Below, in pieces: positions 61,002 to 64,000 of a DNA stretch of 64,000 bases (the stretch's first letter is position 1; each line of letters begins with the position of its first letter). The notes beneath the pieces were generated by a model that saw only the letters and a program-made list of their open reading frames with translations, made no database searches and was not told where the DNA came from. Origin of the DNA: Candidatus Latescibacterota bacterium (GTDB lineage: Bacteria; Latescibacterota; CBDEFO01). Both the position numbers and the translations under genes were made by a program. The stretch is taken from the NCBI GenBank assembly GCA_965248755.1, contig OZ252149.1, positions 2,624,001 to 2,688,000 of the forward strand, in the 5' to 3' direction.

Positions 61002-62555
61002 GTGAAGATGACCATGGCTAAACACACTAAATACACTAAGTACGGAATTATCTACAACAGGGACGGCGGTCCGCACGGCTGCTCTGAGGTGCCGCAGTCG
61101 ATAGAAGCGTTCTTGGAGAAGGTATACGCCCCATTGGAGGACACTCAGGTGGGTGCTCTCTTCTGGTGCGTTGGAATTCATAGTGCTCACTGGAATAGCG
61201 ATGTCCTGGAGCTGCGCGGCGACGTCCACGGCCGACGCTATGAGAGCGCCGATGCCTACACCAGCACTGAAAACGTCCGTCAAATGTTAGAGCGGGGTGA
61301 AGATGCGCAAGAGGCGCTGATCGAGCGGGGTCATCAATTAGGTCTGGATGTCTATGCATCGGTTCGCATGAACGACAATCACTTCAGCGGCGCCCAGGTG
61401 GAGAACCTTGCGAAGATGCACAGCACCGGACTGACGCGCATGCGGATCGAACATCCGGAGTGGCTCTTAGGCGACCAGACATCAGAGTGGTTCGCCCTCT
61501 CGTGGAACTTCGCGGTGCCCGAAGTACGGGAGCACCGCTTTGCTCATGTCAAAGAGATATGCCAGCTATATGACTGGGACGGCGTCGAGTTAGACTGGCA
61601 GCGCCACGCCTTCCATTTTCCAGAGGACGATGCCTACAGGCTCCGCTACCTCCTGACTGACCTCCAGAGGGCTGTGCGCAGGATGACAGATGACATAGCA
61701 AAAGAGCGCGGCAGACCCTTCTACGTAGCCGCCCGCGTGGCTGGGACTCTCGAGATGTGCCGCAACATCGGCTACGATATTCCCGCCTGGATCGACGAAG
61801 GTCTCCTGGACATCATAATTCCCGCAGGAGGTGGAGAGACCGACCCTGCGCTCGATGTGGCAGCCTTTCTCCAGATGTGCAGGGGTACGGATATCGCTGT
61901 CTACCCCGGATTCGACTGCGGACTTCCAGAACCCTCTGTGGGCCCTGAAGACGCAGGGAACAAAGATAGGATGCGCACGCGTGCCATAGCATCCCGCTAC
62001 CACAGCGCGGGAGCGGACGGCATCTATGTGTTCAACTGGGGAAATTCCAGGCCCGAACTCCTCTGTCAGGTCGGCTCCTATGATACTCTGCGGGGTAAGG
62101 ACAGAATCTATGCGGCTGCGCACCGTTTCATCAAGAAGGAAGGCCAGTGGCGCGGGGCCTTCCGTATCGACTGTATCTGGGGCGAAGTGCCGGTTGCCCT
62201 GAAGCGTACGCTTACAGATGAGGGCCCGACAATCACACTGAACGTCGCGGATGACCTATCGGCTGATGTGCCGGAGAGCGTTGAGCTTAGGGTCCGGCTC
62301 GACCAGTGGGTGAAAGGCGATGTGGTACACGTCTTCTGGGATGGATCAATATTGGAGGATCTCCACACGAGCTACTCCTCCCCCGACGATATCTCGGATG
62401 TGAGCGATACAGTATGGCTGTGCTGCCAGATGGATCCTTCAAAAGTCGCGGTAGGTCCCCATAAGGTGAAAGTTACACTTGCAGAGCGCAACCCGAAAAT
62501 GGCCTGCGATATAGTACTGACGGATGTGGAATTGGTTATACGATATCCTAATTAA
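61002..62555 (+). CDS. GHL10-like TIM-barrel hydrolase, paralog 4
   Basis: Same scaffold; variant loops NRDGGP, WCVGIHSA, PAGGGET. Confidence 0.7.
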   Translation: MKMTMAKHTKYTKYGIIYNRDGGPHGCSEVPQSIEAFLEKVYAPLEDTQVGALFWCVGIHSAHWNSDVLELRGDVHGRRYESADAYTSTENVRQMLERGEDAQEALIERGHQLGLDVYASVRMNDNHFSGAQVENLAKMHSTGLTRMRIEHPEWLLGDQTSEWFALSWNFAVPEVREHRFAHVKEICQLYDWDGVELDWQRHAFHFPEDDAYRLRYLLTDLQRAVRRMTDDIAKERGRPFYVAARVAGTLEMCRNIGYDIPAWIDEGLLDIIIPAGGGETDPALDVAAFLQMCRGTDIAVYPGFDCGLPEPSVGPEDAGNKDRMRTRAIASRYHSAGADGIYVFNWGNSRPELLCQVGSYDTLRGKDRIYAAAHRFIKKEGQWRGAFRIDCIWGEVPVALKRTLTDEGPTITLNVADDLSADVPESVELRVRLDQWVKGDVVHVFWDGSILEDLHTSYSSPDDISDVSDTVWLCCQMDPSKVAVGPHKVKVTLAERNPKMACDIVLTDVELVIRYPN

Positions 62556-62845
62556 GTATACGGTAGATAGGCACCCGCTTGAAGCTATCGGGGGCAGGGG
62601 TACCAAAGCACTGAATGTACGCTGCTCACTGTAGAGTTAATTATCTGTTCTATTGGGGTCTTCATATTCATCTCCATACTATTTTGACCCGATACCCAGT
62701 TGACAACCTATACGGCGATTGAGGCAGATAAAGAATAAGTAATTCGATAAATCAGGCTCTAGCTGCTCCCCAAAGGGAGTCGTCATATTCCCTTCTGGAG
62801 CCTAAAGAGGTCATTCGGTGTGAATTACTCTGTAGAGATAACAGA

Positions 62846-63310
62846 ATGTCGGCACAAATAATATTGATGTCTCACGTCGCCTTTGGACTTTTGGGAATAC
62901 TTGCAGCTATGTGGATATTTGTGGAGGTCCTAAATGTCACTTATCGCAACAAAGACAGGATAAGATATATGAGCATGGCAGTGGCCGTCTTTGTGTGGGC
63001 TTCGTTCCTGCTCGGAGGGTATTGGTATATGAATTACTACGGAGATGACAAGGCTATAATAAAGGCCGGCCCCTGGCCGTGGGCGCACTTGTTTTTCATG
63101 GAGGCAAAGGAGCACCTGGCCTTCATGTGGCTTCTACTCGGGACGTACCTGCCGATTGCAGTCAACGATAACCGCCCGCTTCCTGAAAGAGGTGCCCGGA
63201 CTCTGACGTTAACAGTTACAGGATTGATCGTACTTTTGGGACTTACAATGGAAGGATTCGGAGCCGTAATAAGCCTTGCGGTCAAGACGGGGCTATTAGG
63301 GGGTGACTGA
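62846..63310 (+). CDS. Four-TM membrane protein with His-containing motifs
   Basis: SHVAFG, GGYWY..YYG, WAHLFFMEAKEH. Confidence 0.65.
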   Translation: MSAQIILMSHVAFGLLGILAAMWIFVEVLNVTYRNKDRIRYMSMAVAVFVWASFLLGGYWYMNYYGDDKAIIKAGPWPWAHLFFMEAKEHLAFMWLLLGTYLPIAVNDNRPLPERGARTLTLTVTGLIVLLGLTMEGFGAVISLAVKTGLLGGD

Positions 63311-63632
63311 AATATCCCACAAGAAAAGCGGGAAATACGCCTCAGGATTCGGACTGTCGTTTGTGATGGCGAGCCTGTTCAATGCACTCGTTGTGGTTTT
63401 AAAGGACACGGATGAAGCGCTGAAGGCCTGCATGAAAACCTTCATCGGTCACCACTGGGTAACTCACGGACTCTTAGTCCTGACGCTGTTTATAGTGTTA
63501 GGTCTTGTACTTTCTAACATTAAGGCCGAGGAAAAGTTAGCGTTGGACGCCAAGAAGATGCCCATAGCCATCACAGCGGCGACGCTCATCGGCGGGATAA
63601 TAATCGTAGGGTTCTACTTGACGCGTTTATGA
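63303..63632 (+). CDS. Small three-TM membrane protein
   Basis: Overlaps the upstream gene; GHHWVTHG motif. Confidence 0.6.
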   Translation: MTEISHKKSGKYASGFGLSFVMASLFNALVVVLKDTDEALKACMKTFIGHHWVTHGLLVLTLFIVLGLVLSNIKAEEKLALDAKKMPIAITAATLIGGIIIVGFYLTRL

Positions 63633-63686
63633 CATGAATAGCCATTCCAAATCCAGAATGTCTTCATTTTCATATAGGAGGTTGCT

Positions 63687-64000
63687 ATCGATACGCCACC
63701 CATTGATGATCGAGACTGGTCGGCATTAACCCTCGGAGAGCGTATTGGCCAGATCGAAGTCGAGGGCTATCTTGCACTGCCTGATCTGCTAACAGCCGAG
63801 CATATCTCACGGCTTAAGGCCGAAACCGCTGAATTGGAAACCCAACCTGTGGATTACAGTGTATACCAGCGGGGATGCCCAAACATTCAGTTTGTGGGCG
63901 GTGCTATTACAGAGTTAGCTGCCCACCAACCGACAATATCCTTTCTACGGGAGCTCTTCGGCGATGAAATTATCACTATGTCCTACGGCTACGCCCGTTC
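63687..64000 (+). CDS. Phytanoyl-CoA dioxygenase (PhyH)-like protein, 5' part; apparent ATC start
   Basis: AGGAGG-N5-ATC; EVEGYLALPDLL.AEHI.RLK, LAAHQPTISFLRELFGD; runs off the window. Confidence 0.6.
   Translation, partial: MDTPPIDDRDWSALTLGERIGQIEVEGYLALPDLLTAEHISRLKAETAELETQPVDYSVYQRGCPNIQFVGGAITELAAHQPTISFLRELFGDEIITMSYGYAR

Noticed and set aside
56314..62555. Diversity-generating retroelement behind the paralog variation
   Set aside because: No reverse transcriptase, no TR/VR pair, and differences are not adenine-specific

Overview
Bacterial DNA, probably from a diderm FCB-group candidate lineage such as Latescibacterota or KSB1. This is inferred from the many FlgD-Ig/T9SS-like C-terminal domains and the 'SWGxIK' tails; no marker gene is present. 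1-14.2 kb: a secretome cluster with a sigma54-type promoter, two lipoprotein-like serpins, a FosA-like VOC protein, VWA and VIT-VWA proteins, and a frameshifted FG-GAP/IPT/cohesin-dockerin giant. 14.3-39.3 kb: a minus-strand operon (ATP-grasp, NfuA, radical SAM selenoprotein with a C-U-A-E-P tail and SECIS-like hairpin, DUF169, FIST, TenA-like, thioredoxin-NHL). Its FIST gene is split by a ~17.1 kb integrase-free island of secreted metalloproteases and beta-propellers, organised behind three homologous promoter-plus-palindrome modules, with a complete IS1380 (5-bp target duplication) inside. 39.6-55.8 kb: housekeeping/metabolic genes and several pseudogenes. 56-64 kb: four tandem GHL10-like TIM-barrel paralogs, two membrane proteins and a PhyH-like gene. 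A small palindromic repeat is dispersed and sits in frame inside genes, and several genes have a strong SD followed by a non-AUG codon. No tRNA, rRNA or CRISPR array was seen. All family calls come from motif recognition by eye, not database searches.
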